A stretch of DNA of 64,000 nucleotides from Octopus vulgaris (Eukaryota): contig OX597827.1 in the NCBI GenBank assembly GCA_951406725.2, positions 56,978,001-57,042,000 of the forward strand, read 5' to 3'. The notes beneath the pieces were generated by a model. That model saw nothing but the letters and a program-made list of their open reading frames with translations, was not told where the DNA came from and did not search any database. The number at the start of each line of letters is the position of its first letter. Within the stretch, counting starts at the first letter, position 1. This document shows positions 51,727 to 64,000 of the stretch, in pieces. The translations under genes and the position numbers were made by a program.

Positions 51727-51945
51727 CAGTGCTTTTCAACATTTTTGCTGGAGCGGAACCCCAGGGAAACATTCCACTGGCTCGAGGAACCCCTGTGCAA
51801 TAATTCAATAGTCTTATGCACACATATCGGCACAGGAGAATTAAAAATTACAGCCGATTTTAGCAGTTTTGTAACTTCTTGCGGAATCCCTGGACTGTAC
51901 TGGCGGAACCCTAAGTTTCCGCGAAACCCTGGTTGAGAATCCCCG
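51727..51945. mobile_element. hAT-like MITE
   Basis: CAGTGCTTTTCAAC...GTTGAGAATCCCCG ends, internal GGAACCC repeats, and CTTATGT on both flanks (approximate 8-bp TSD). Confidence 0.7.
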
Positions 51946-52809
51946 GACTTATGTTCATACATATCATAACCATATCACATTAGTGATTATAATGTATTTT
52001 GCTGCTGCTTTCCCTCCTGCCAACCATTCTTTCCATGTTTAGACTGATTATTTTAAGAGGTTGACCGTAACATTTCTTAATAAGACATAATTGAATAAAG
52101 GAACAATGCATCTCTACAATAATTGTTTTAAGGCAATTTTCCACATGGTGGTAAAGTGAACTTCTAAACTCCACGGCCATACCTGTACTTATATATAGGA
52201 ATTTAAAGGCCTGTTTCTATGTTGTATTTATATTGTTTTATTCCTGTGCTATTTGATTTTGTAATGTCATATTTTAGTCCAGAAATATTGAAATCTGTTA
52301 TTTGCATACTCAGCAAATATAGCTATTTTCTTTTTTTGTATGTGTGTGTGTGTTGCTTTGTGGGGTTTTATCTATTTTCTTTTTGTGTTTTGCAACTTGA
52401 TCTAAAACAGAATTAGTAGCTTTAATCCAAATAAATGAGATAGTAATAAATTCCTAGTCACTATGTTATCACAATAAAAATTATTAAAACCATTTCAAAG
52501 AAAATTAGATCTCTTAGGATTAAAATGTGAATGTATAAGTTGTATACAATGAAAGTGGAAAACTGAAACTTTATTTAACTTACTAATACTAAGTAAGGAG
52601 GTGGAACCAATGATGTATATATATATATATATACACACACACATACATACATGTATATATATATATATATATGTGTATGTATGTGTGTGTATGTGTTTCT
52701 GTCTGCTTATATGCATCATCATCATCATCATTTAACGTCTGCCTTCCATGCTGGCATGGGCTGAATGGTTTGTCAGGAGCTAGCCAAGCAGGAGACTATA
52801 CCAGGCTCC

Positions 52810-53003
52810 AGTGTATATATGTATATATATATATGTGTATATGTGTGTGTGTGTGTATATATAATATATATATGTATATATATGTGTGTGTGTGTGTGTG
52901 CATATATATATATATAATATATATATGTATATATATGTATGCATATATATGATATATAATATATAATATAATGTATAATATATATAATATATAATATAAT
53001 ATA

Positions 53004-53055
<52 letters not shown>

Positions 53056-53302
53056 CATATATCACCGAGACTTTTTAATATACATACATACATACATACA
53101 TAAATATAGATATATATATATATATTATATATTATATTAGTATGTATGTATTTATACACACACACACATATAGATATATATATATATTATATATTATATT
53201 AGTATGTATGTATTTATACACACACACACACATATATATATATACATACACACACACACATATATATATATATACACACACAGATATATATATTATTTCT
53301 CT

Positions 53303-53370
<68 letters not shown>
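52810..53370. repeat. Long (TA/TG/CA)n low-complexity tract
   Basis: Read directly; a similar tract lies at 55815-56200. Confidence 0.92.
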
Positions 53371-53372
<2 letters not shown>

Positions 53373-54186
53373 GCTGGTTTCTCTGCTGGGTTTGGCACTT
53401 ATAAACAGTTTCTCTAAAATACCCTAGAGATTCATTAGTGACCATCATGCAAAAACTGCTAATCAAAAATTTGAAATTGATTTCAGCTTTTATCAATTGA
53501 CATCCTAACCAGCTGATTTTTATTAATGAGCGCAAGAGTCTTTTCCACCAATCAGACACTTTGCTAATTGATAGTTTTCGGAGTCTTGACAGAGCCCTGT
53601 TATATGAATTATTTCATTTGAGCAGCATTTCATGTGCTTCTTTCACTGAGCTTCACTAAAGGTATTATATTATTTTAATAATGATTTACCTCAGTGTATA
53701 GAAATAACAATATTTTAAAGAATTAGCTGGTTGAATAGTTATTGTTTACATTGACACAGCCAATCTGTTGGGTATTCACCTTTTTGTGTTGGTGCGATTC
53801 CTGTGAGGCTTCTACATTATATGTAATGAATTTCAACTTGTGCATTATCAGGTCAGTTTAATTCCAAAAGAGTTTTGCGATTCACAGATTTTTTTTTTTC
53901 TTTTTCTTGTAATTGCTTGTGTTTAGTCTTTTTGTTGCTAAACGAGATATTGTAAGCAAATATCTGTAAAAAGTAGATTTGTTAAATTTTGGGTCTTCAG
54001 TTTTATTTCATTATTATTATTATTATTATTTTTGTTTTGCATTTTTGTTCAATGTTATATTTAATTTTAATCTCTAAATTTGGTTTTGTTATTTAGCAAT
54101 GCCTTTATAATGCCACAAATTTCTGTTCATATTTCAGTCTCTGTATTGCTAGGTTACAAAGTCAGATACTAGAATTATTTACTGAG

Positions 54187-54218
<32 letters not shown>

Positions 54219-55822
54219 ATGTGTGTATGCATGCACGTGTGTGTGTGTGCATACATGCATGCATGTGTATGTGCAAGTGTGTGTGTGCAGATTTTCTTTC
54301 AGACATTACACAGGAGATTCAGCTGTCATAATTTCATTCTCAAAAACAAAAGCAAATTGTTAAGGTATCGGTCACTCTCTGCCAGGTGAGCTGGCTGAAA
54401 TGTTAGCATGCCGGGCAAAATGCTTAGCAGTATTTTGTCTGCTGCTATGTTCTGAGTTCAAATTCTGCCGAGGTTGACTTTGCCTTTCATCCTTTCGGGG
54501 TCGATTAAATAAGTACCAGTTATGCACTGGGTCGATATAATCGACTTAATCCGTTTGTCTGTCCTTGTATGTCCTCTCTGTGTTTAGCCCCTTGTGGGTA
54601 GTAAAGAAAAAGGTTTATGGCCAAGCCTGTGGCAGTTGAGACCTCCAGCATTCTTGGTCCCTTCTTCCCCACCTAACCATAACCCTAGCCCCATGAATCA
54701 GAGTGGCTGTTCCAGCACACCTCCTTCACTATCCTTCATGTCTTTTCCATTTTGTCTGCTGGTGCCATTAGAAATGCTTCTTTATTGTGAGAGGCAAGAT
54801 TCCCCATTAATCCTTCTCTTTTGACTTATGTCTCTGCTCATTCTGCGAGGGTTATGAATCATTTATGAATTTAGTGACATCATTAACCAAAATTGTATGT
54901 GAAAGGACTAATAAGGCAATTTGAAACTGTTTCATATGCTATCCTTGTCTACAAATGTCTTCCTTAATATGATTTAGAAACTGATTTCTCCAAACCTAAT
55001 AAGATATTCTTTCCAGGTGTCTTTAAGATATTTTACTGTTTGCATAATGTAGATTTATTTTACTCCTTTTAGTCATTGAACTGCAGTCATCCTGGAGTAC
55101 CATCTTGAATGGTTTGATATTCTGTTTTTAAGAAAGAAAAGAAAAAAAAGAAAGAAGAAACATCTTAAATAAATGCACAAACAGTTCAAAAACAACAGAC
55201 AGATAGATATATAAGATACAATTGCATTCAAGTTTAACTTTTTAGCATTTAAACAGGCCATATCCAGCCTGAATATTCTACCTGTTCCATGTTCAAACTG
55301 GCCAGATTCGACCTTTCACACTTACCCTACAATGTCATTTAAAAATAAATGATCACTTTATTGAACTATGGTAAAGATGCACATATCTATGGAGTACTCG
55401 GCCAATCATATGTTAATTTCATAAGCAGGCTGTATTATTGATCAGATCAACTGGAACATACATTGTTGTAATTTGCTGTAGTGCTAGTTAAGTGAATATA
55501 TATGTGTGTGTATGTGTGTGTGTGTGTGTGTGTGTGAGTACACAAATATATATGTATACATATATATATATATATACATATATTTATATGTCTCAATGAA
55601 TTCAGTCTGACCCATGTGAACCTAGAAAATGGGTGTTACATTGAAGATGATGTTGATGTAGATATCTAATAACAGTTTGACTCAGATCCACATTACTGAA
55701 TATTGCATCTACACCCACAAAACTTTGAGTAATGCAGGACTGAGTCAAACTCATATTAAATACATATAATTCCAAATAAATCTGTTAAGTGCTACTCTCT
55801 TTCACTTGTTCAATCACTCATA

Positions 55823-55908
<86 letters not shown>

Positions 55909-55966
55909 TTTGATTTTGATTTTTCCAGTTTCAGCTAATGTGCTGTGGCCATGCTGGGGCACCGCC

Positions 55967-56048
<82 letters not shown>

Positions 56049-56115
56049 TACACACATATATACATATATATATATATATACATATATTATGCATACTTGT
56101 ATATATGTTCGTATT

Positions 56116-56198
<83 letters not shown>

Positions 56199-57303
56199 CA
56201 GTAAGAGAGAGTGTTGGAATTTACAGAAAAACAAAAGGTGAAGACAGGTCTATAAGCAACAAACACATATATGTCTATATTATTTGTTGAACTGGTAGTA
56301 TTTTCGTTTAAATATTACTATTCTAACCTATCACAGTGATCACCAACCTAATGTAATCCACCGAAAGATGTGCCAGCCAGAGAACATCTAAGTGTTTGCT
56401 CCAACTGCTAGAAATAGCAACCAAATTACAGTTTCCTTCTGTCTATCTTTGTCTTCCTGTCTTAAATCACACCCTTCTTCTCTAGAAAAATGAAGGGCAT
56501 TATAGGATAACACAATTCTATCTGTACTATATATGTGACTGTAAAAGATGGAATGGTCAAGGCTGGAATGCCTATGATCATAAATTTGCTCAGTTAAAGT
56601 TGTCCTGGGGTTAAACAAGACCAAAAGTTCAGGAGAAACTATGGTTTCTGTCTGTTTGCTTTTCTATCTGTCTGTCTGTTTCTTTCTCTCTGTCTCTCTC
56701 TTTCTCTCTCTGCATACTGAGAGATAAATAAATAAATAGACAGACAGACAGAGAGAAAGAGAAAAGAGAGTAACAATTTTTCTAGAAAGGAAAGTAACAT
56801 ACATAAAATTAGCATTTAAACTGCCCATATCTGGCCCGAATAGTTTACTATAAGCCTCAGGCTGACCAAAGCCTTGTGAGTGGGTTTGGTAGACAGAAAC
56901 TGAAAGAAGCCTGTTGAATATATATATATATATATATTTATTTAGGTATGTGTGTTTGTGTCTATGTTTGTCCCACCCCTCACCATCACTTGACAACCGA
57001 TGGTGGTGTGTTTATGCCCCCTGTAACTTAGTGTTTCAGCAGAAGAGATCAATAGAATGATAAATAATAATAATGAAATTATTGTATACAGTGCTCAGGA
57101 GCACCACAACTTGTCAAGGTACCAGGCTTACAAAGAATAAGTCCAGGGGTCGATTTCTTTCACTAAAAGGTGGTGCTCCAGCATGGCCACCGTCAAATGA
57201 TGAAACAATGGTTAATTCAAAACGATGTGAATAAATAAGCATAACATTTGACAAAGTAATCTGAATACTAAAGCATTAAACAGATTTCTTGCTAATTTAG
57301 TTA

Positions 57304-57761
57304 CCGTAAATCCTTGAGTATAATCTGTATTTTTTCCTCCAAATTTAAAGGTCAAAATCCCTAGTGCGTACTATATACGAGGTTAAAAATGAAAAATATT
57401 TTCTAAGCAATGTCCAAGTCTCTGTTTGCTGTCCGGCAATGTTTATTCTGACGCATTTTCTGATGTCGGGCACGAAATTACCTTAAGCTAAGCCTGAAAG
57501 CAATGAAGTCATAAAAGAATCATCCATAACTTGCAGTAAGCAACATTTATTAAAATAAAAGTATTCAGAACATGTAACAAAAACAATTTGCAAACATATT
57601 TACATTCCCATATAACAAGTAAGAACATCACCATTATTGTATTACACATGTGCAGAAGTGTTTGTTCGACTAGGTGCTGCTGGCTTAATTATGCACGACT
57701 CAAGTAGAGAAGGGGGGGGGCGTATTATACTCAAGGGTGGACTATACTTGAAGATTTACGG
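57304..57761 (-). mobile_element. Tigger/pogo-like MITE, inverted relative to the 42339 copy
   Basis: TA|CCGTAAATCCTTGAGTATA...AAGATTTACGG|TA; internal GGTCAAAATCCCTAGTGC is the reverse complement of GCACTAGGGATTTTGACC in the first copy. Confidence 0.85.
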
Positions 57762-57845
57762 TACAACTTTCATTGTGTTTTTATTTATTTATTTTCAACA
57801 ATCACTGTAACATGTTTTGTGACACTGTTGGCCTTCTCATTACAG

Positions 57846-58092
57846 CTTTCCTTGCATCAACTAAAACAAGCTATACATGGTACCGTGGTAATGAACTTGC
57901 AGCTGGAATCAATGTATGAATCCTTCTTAAATAATCAAGTTCCCCAAAATTGGTCCAGCTTTGCTTATCCCTCTTTGAAGTCATTAGCTAGTTGGGTAGT
58001 GGATCTTGTTTTGAGATGTTCATTTATAGACTTCTGGATAAAGATGGGACAACCCTTTTCTTTCTGGTTACCTGGATTTTTTTTCCCTCAAG
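57846..58092 (+). CDS. DNAH6: DNAH6-like, window exon 12
   Basis: ttacag / gtttgt; 247 nt, phase 0-1; LSLHQLKQAIHGTVVMN...FLNNQVPQNWSSFAYPSLKSLASWVVDL...FWLPGFFFPQ. Confidence 0.96.
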
Positions 58093-59543
58093 GTTTGTTT
58101 ATTTATTTATTTTCTAAAATTTGTTTTCTTTCCACATATGTTGATTCAACACAGAGATGGTTATTCATGTTTGATGTCTTGATAGTACCTGTAGTGTTGG
58201 CAGAGGACGTCCACTAGAATGCCTTGTGGCAGTTCTTTTGCCTTTCTGAACTCTAAGTTCAAATCTCACCTAGGTTAAATTTGCCTTTCATTCTTTCAGG
58301 GTCAATAAATTAAGCACCAGGGGCAGGGGGGAAGAATGGACTGGTATTGATTCTCCCCTTCTCTCTAATTCTTTTTTGTTGGAAGAAATTGTGACCAGAC
58401 TTAGAGGGGCTTGTTTTGCTCTCCATTTAAAATTCCTGAATATGTTATATATCATGGCAGTTTTTCTATAATCTCATCAAAAGTTTACAGCTCAAGGAAA
58501 TATGCAAAGATATTCCTTTTGAAGTTGACATTGTCTGTATTTCTACATTTAATAATTGTTGGTTTTTGAATAAAAAACAAAAAAGAAATTTTTTTATTAA
58601 TACAACATTCTTAACATATGTGTTATTGAAAATCTGGAAGCTGTGATTTTCATCTGGGAAAACATATACACACACACATTGCACATACATACACAATATA
58701 TAGATATTACAAAATTTCGGTTTCTTTTGGATACCCCCTCATACATGCATATTTAAAAATCCAGAAGCTGTGGTGTTTGTTCAGGAAAAAATCCCTTTAA
58801 TGATGTACTGTGTTGAAAAACACAATACACTTTAGAGCTAGACAAAATGATATTACCTTAGAAGTGACCTGAAGAGTGATAAATATGCATTTCACAATTG
58901 TTGCAGCCTGTCAATGTAATGTCAAAGCTGTAAACATGTACATTAGAAACATCAAGGACAAATGGACAAATGGTAGTGGTAAAAGATTACTAACTTAATG
59001 ATGATAGCAATGAACTCTGCCCCTGACATTCATCCACCCACAGGCAAGACAAAACTAGCTTCCAGTCTGTACGTCAATCAACTAATATACAACTTTAAAA
59101 AATATACATTTAGCAACAAAATGTGCTACCTTTCAGAATTGGCCACTCCAATGTGATCATAGAAAAACTGCTCTTTTGTACATGAACTGTCTAATATTAC
59201 TGGATAAACATATAATACATACATACACACTCACACACACATATGATGTCTTGATTTAATTGAAGTTTATGCATCACAATTATGCAATTACATATTTGGT
59301 GGTGTTTATCATAATGCAACAAATGTTGAATACAATTGATCTATGAACTTGTATGTAAAATTACGTTTTCCTGTTTTAATGATGTGTGTGTAGTTTTAAA
59401 ATCCAATAGAGGTAAAATCAGCCAAAAAAGTACTCCAATAGTTTCATGCTTTTATGATATTTTTAACTAGGCATATTTGTATCTTCAAGTAATCTAGTTA
59501 AAGTATCATAAAACATTACACTATTAGAAACTCTTTCAGTTAT

Positions 59544-59584
<41 letters not shown>

Positions 59585-59748
59585 ACACACACATGCACAC
59601 ACATGCACGCACTCATCTACACATTCTAATTGGAAGCACAGTAACATTTTCTAAAAGCCTATACCGTTTAGTAATGTTCTGATTGGCTATAAATTTTAAT
59701 TAACATTTATAATCAAGGCAATCAACAGAATATTTTTTTCTACTTTAG

Positions 59749-59912
59749 GTTTCCTAACTGGAGTTTTACAGAACTACGCACGTAAATACAATCTAGCTAT
59801 CGACCGACTTAATTTTAACTTCACTATATTACCACAATATCGTCATCAAAAAGATTACATCCAAGCTCTCACAACGATGACATTTGGAGAAGAACTAGAC
59901 ATTGATAAGGAA
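59749..59912 (+). CDS. DNAH6: DNAH6-like, window exon 13 (gene continues past the window)
   Basis: ctttag / gtaagt; 164 nt, phase 1-0; GFLTGVLQNYARKYNLAIDRLNFNFTILPQYRHQKDYIQALTTMTFGEELDIDKE. The terminal dynein motifs (e.g. TTGHSTNF) were not found in the remaining 4 kb. Confidence 0.95.
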
Positions 59913-60859
59913 GTAAGTCACAGGTGTTGTCTATTTTTTGTTATGTTAATAATTAAAGATCACCCTCTTCCTCCTCATCATCACCATTTAATGTTCACTT
60001 TCCAACCTTGCATGGGTCAGACAGATTTTGTTGAGACAGATTTTCTACAAGTAGATGACATCCTGTTTGTCAACCCTTAACAGTTGCTAAGCAAGGAAAT
60101 ATTTAGACAAGCTTTCCCATGGAAGACTGAAAACAATGTTATTTGTATCATGATGGTAACCATCGCACATACATATTTACATAATTACACACATGGTGGG
60201 CTTCCTTCAGTTTCTGTCTATCAAAACTACTCACAAGGCTTTGGTTGGTTCAAGGCTATAACAGCGGAAGCTGGCAGAATCCATTTAAGTGTCAAAGAAA
60301 ATGATTTGCAGTATATGTTACAACTCTTTAAATTATGAGTTCAAACCCTGCCAAGGTCAGCTCTACTTTTCTTTCCTCGGGGGTCAATAAAATAAAGTAC
60401 CTGCCAAGTTCTAAAGTTGATGCCACCACTAAATTTGCTAGCACTTGTACCTATCAGAAACAAAAATACTGAGCTGGCAGAATCATTGGAACATCAGAAA
60501 AAACATTTTGTAGTATTTGTTCTGGTACTTTATATTCTGAGTTCAAATACTACTAAAGTCATCTTTACTTTTCATCTTTTTTGGTGTAAAAAAGATAAAA
60601 AACACTAGTCTAAGTACTGGGATTGATAGTATTGACAAGCTCCCTAATTTAAAGATATTAGCCTTGTGCTTCAGTCAGAAATCATGATTATATGTCTTCA
60701 AAATGGTGGCAAGAAGCTTGCTTCCTAACCACATGGTTCTGGGTTCAGTCCCACTGTGTGGTACTTTCAGCAAGTGTCTTCTATTATAGCCTCGGGTCGA
60801 CCAAAGCCTTGTGAATGGATTTGGTAGACGGAAACTGAAAGAAGCCCATTGTATATATC

Positions 60860-60902
<43 letters not shown>

Positions 60903-61216
60903 AAGATGAGAATGTGTGTGTGTGTTTGTGCGTGTGTGTGTGTGTATGTGTGTGTGTATCTGTCTGTCTGTGTGAATCCCTAAAACTCAAGAACTACCCA
61001 ACCGATTTCATTCAAATTTTACACATGCCTTACTTAGGGTCCATGTAGTGTCATGGGCTGAAAAAATGTTCAACTTCTTGCTTAATGTGAGCCTATAGTA
61101 ATCTCTTATCTCTTAAACTATTTCAGTATTACCTGTCAAAAGTGAAACAACATCTCTCTATTGCAATGTCAGATACTTTCACTTTAATAGTTGCACTATT
61201 AATACTGAAAATGCAT

Positions 61217-61540
61217 TCATGGAGAAGAACGATATTTTCCACATTGAACAAAAAGGGTGCCGCCGAGGTTCATACGGATGCAAAGATCAACTGCTAATTA
61301 ATCGTATGATCCTTGAGAACTGTCACAACAAGCGCAGAAATCTCAGCTCCGCATGGATTGACTATAAAAAGGCCTTCAACAATATACCGCATCCATGGAT
61401 CTTGAGATCGCTGGACATCTTCAAAATTTCCCCTGTGATTTCAAGCTTCCTGAAGCACAATATGTCGTTGTGGAATACGAATCTCCAATTATACCACTCT
61501 AATGGAGTACTTGCCTCAGAAAATTTTTCAAGGTGACTCT
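61217..61540 (+). mobile_element. R4/Dong-like RT fragment (second lineage)
   Basis: EQKGCRRGSYGCKDQLLIN...AWIDYKKAFNNIPHPWI, ending at a shifted FQGDS motif. Confidence 0.82.
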
Positions 61541-62057
61541 GATCTTAACTGAATGGAAGTGTTATCATGTACATTGTTTTGTCTTGGTATAAAAGATGGG
61601 CTACAGCAAATATTCTGCTCACTACCACAGATTTGCTTGTCAGTTGTTTGACCATAACCAGTTGAGCATATCCCTTAGTGGCTGACGATATGTGCATCTC
61701 TGATCATGAGCAGAAGTAGTGGGGGAGCATCATAGTTATGTGTTGAAAGGAATTCTTAGAGGTTTGGATAATTCTCCTTTGGAAACATGGGTCGTTCGGT
61801 CAACATCCTTAAACAACCCTTATTCAGGGACCTTTTGAACGGGATGGGCTACTCGACCAGAAGAAAATTCTAACTGGGCCCAACCTGCAAGGTCATGTAC
61901 TGTTTATTTTGACATGAGATCACCATGTTGCGCACATATGGTTGTGATGCATGTGCCTGGTGTACCCTTATCAGATGGGTAGTCATGATGGGTATACTGG
62001 GCTTTGTATATTTTACCCCAGTGTTGCTTTGATGGCATGCACTGCTCTCTCTCTCTC

Positions 62058-62132
<75 letters not shown>

Positions 62133-63368
62133 AATATAATAATTATTTTATTCATTTTTAATATCTAATTGCTACACCATCAGAAAGCAGCTGAATAAGT
62201 AAGACTTCTTAACAGTTAGACAGCTACCTCTTGCTCTCTTCTTTTTCTTTAGTACATCCTCTAATCTTATTATTTATTTCAACATTTTCTCTGAATGGCT
62301 TATTCATTATTGTTTTATCATGAGACATCTTTAGCTTTCAAAATAGTCAAACCCCTGTTTAGCTTATTTTACCTACTGTGTTTACCAGCAACCGACCTAG
62401 TCACCAACGATATCAACGATTCATCTACTAATTATGGAATAGTTTCTAGGTTTTCCAAAATATTCTCCTGTATAGAGAAATCTACTTGAGATTGAAATTC
62501 TCGAAGGAGAGACATACAAATTCAATTCCAGTTCTTTATTAACTCTGTAAATCTGCATGTTATTTCGTAAACAGATAAGATCTCATAGGAATGATGTTAT
62601 ATCTATTTTCACTTGCTGGTTACTGGTGTTGGATTTCTCATAGAATATAGGACAGTCTTGAAGCCCTATGAAAGAAAGTAATAAGTTCTGTTAATCAAGA
62701 TAAGTAACTTGCTAGGAACTTTTGTCTCTTCCCTGTGGAACCAAATAAAAGAACTTCTAGGAGTTTGTCTAGATAGAAATGGAACATTATCTGACTTTCA
62801 AACTATTAATTCTTCCAACCTGTTATGTATTACATTCATTTCCAATAACTTTTATATTGAACTGTAATGATCTGAGGGATGGTGATAGAAAAAGTTCAAA
62901 ATTATTCTTAAAATGTTTGAAATTCTGAAAAATGATCTTTATGAGTATACTGATTCTGAATTTTGGCACAAGGCCTACAATTCTGGGGAAAGGAGTACGT
63001 CAATTACGTTGATCCGCCATTGTTCAACTGGTACTTAATTTATTGACCCCAAAAGGATGAAAACAAAGTCAACCTGAGTGGAATTTAAACTCAAAACATA
63101 TAGACAGCTGAAATGCCACTAAACGTTTTTGCCTTGCACTCTTTTGCTTCTTTCAATCATTTGATTGTGGCCATGCTAAGACATCACCTTTAAGGGATTT
63201 TTAGTTGAAGAAATCAATTCCAGGACTTGTTCTTTGTACTCCTGGTATTTATTCTATCAGTCCCTTTTGCTGAACCACTAAGATACGGGGTTGTAAACAC
63301 ACCAACATCAGTTACCAAGTGATGGTGGGGGTACAAACAAGGACACAAAGACACACACATACATATAT

Positions 63369-63741
63369 GGTGGAAGCACTCCGTCGGTTACGACGATGAG
63401 GGTTCCGGTTGATCCGAATCAACGGAACAGCCTGCTCGTGAAATTAACGTGTTAGTGGCTGAGCACTCCACAGACACGTGTACCCTTAACGTAGTTCTCG
63501 GGGATATTCAGCGTGACACAGAGAGTGACAAGGCCGGCCATTTGAAATAAAGGTACAACAGGAACAGGAAGTAAGAGTGAGAGAAAGTTGTGGTGAAAGA
63601 GTACAGCAGGGATCACCACCATCCCCTGCCGGAGCCTTGTGGAGCTTTAGGTATTTTCGCTCAATAAACACTCACAACGCCCGGTCTGGGAATCGAAACC
63701 GTGATCCTACGACTGCGAGTCCGCTGCCCTAACCACTGGGC
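63369..63741 (-). mobile_element. SINE C nested in the microsatellite of a SINE A
   Basis: TSD CATACATATAT at 63358-63368 and 63742-63752; host SINE A spans about 63141-63948. Confidence 0.82.
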
Positions 63742-64000
63742 CATACATATATATATATACACACTCCATACATATATATATATACACACACAACAGGTTT
63801 CTTTCAGTTTCCATCTGCCAAATCCACTCACATGCCTTTGGTTGACCCAAGGCTATTGTAGAAGACACTCACCCAAGGTGCTACACAGTGGGACTGAACC
63901 TGGAACCCTGTGGTTGGGAAGCAAGCTTCTTACATAGCTACGCCTGTGCCAACTAATTATTCTTCCAGCTAACTGCTTTGACCTTGATGATTATATTGAT

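Noticed and set aside
52671-56290. Many YI/HT/CV-repeat ORFs here and throughout the window
   Set aside because: Dinucleotide microsatellites lack stops in several frames; these are artefacts.

Overview
This is eukaryotic, AT-rich, extremely repeat-dense DNA. The SINE families and microsatellite style suggest a coleoid cephalopod, probably Octopus (inference). The whole window lies inside one + strand gene for an axonemal dynein heavy chain of the DNAH6 type. I traced 13 coding exons (6448..59912) that splice in frame to 1893 nt / 631 aa, covering the AAA6 region and the start of the C-terminal domain; the gene starts before and ends after the window. Introns hold several tRNA-type SINE families, truncated LINEs (R4/Dong, RTE, RTE-X, CR1-like), mariner, maT, Tigger-like, hAT-like and piggyBac-like DNA elements, Helitron/Helentron-type elements, a Gypsy integrase fragment, a 5S rRNA pseudogene and many microsatellites. 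Most ORFs in the supplied track are microsatellite or SINE artefacts. I found no convincing new multi-gene system. The best leads are: (1) two palindromes that look like fold-back self-priming of retro-insertion cDNA; (2) an inverted mariner pair bracketing exons 7-11, which would give a stop-free 594-nt circle; (3) a frame-preserving exon with an AAG acceptor and a GC donor; (4) a degenerate mir-8-like segment. Exon numbers are relative to this window, repeat boundaries are read by eye, and SINE family letters A-D are my own labels.
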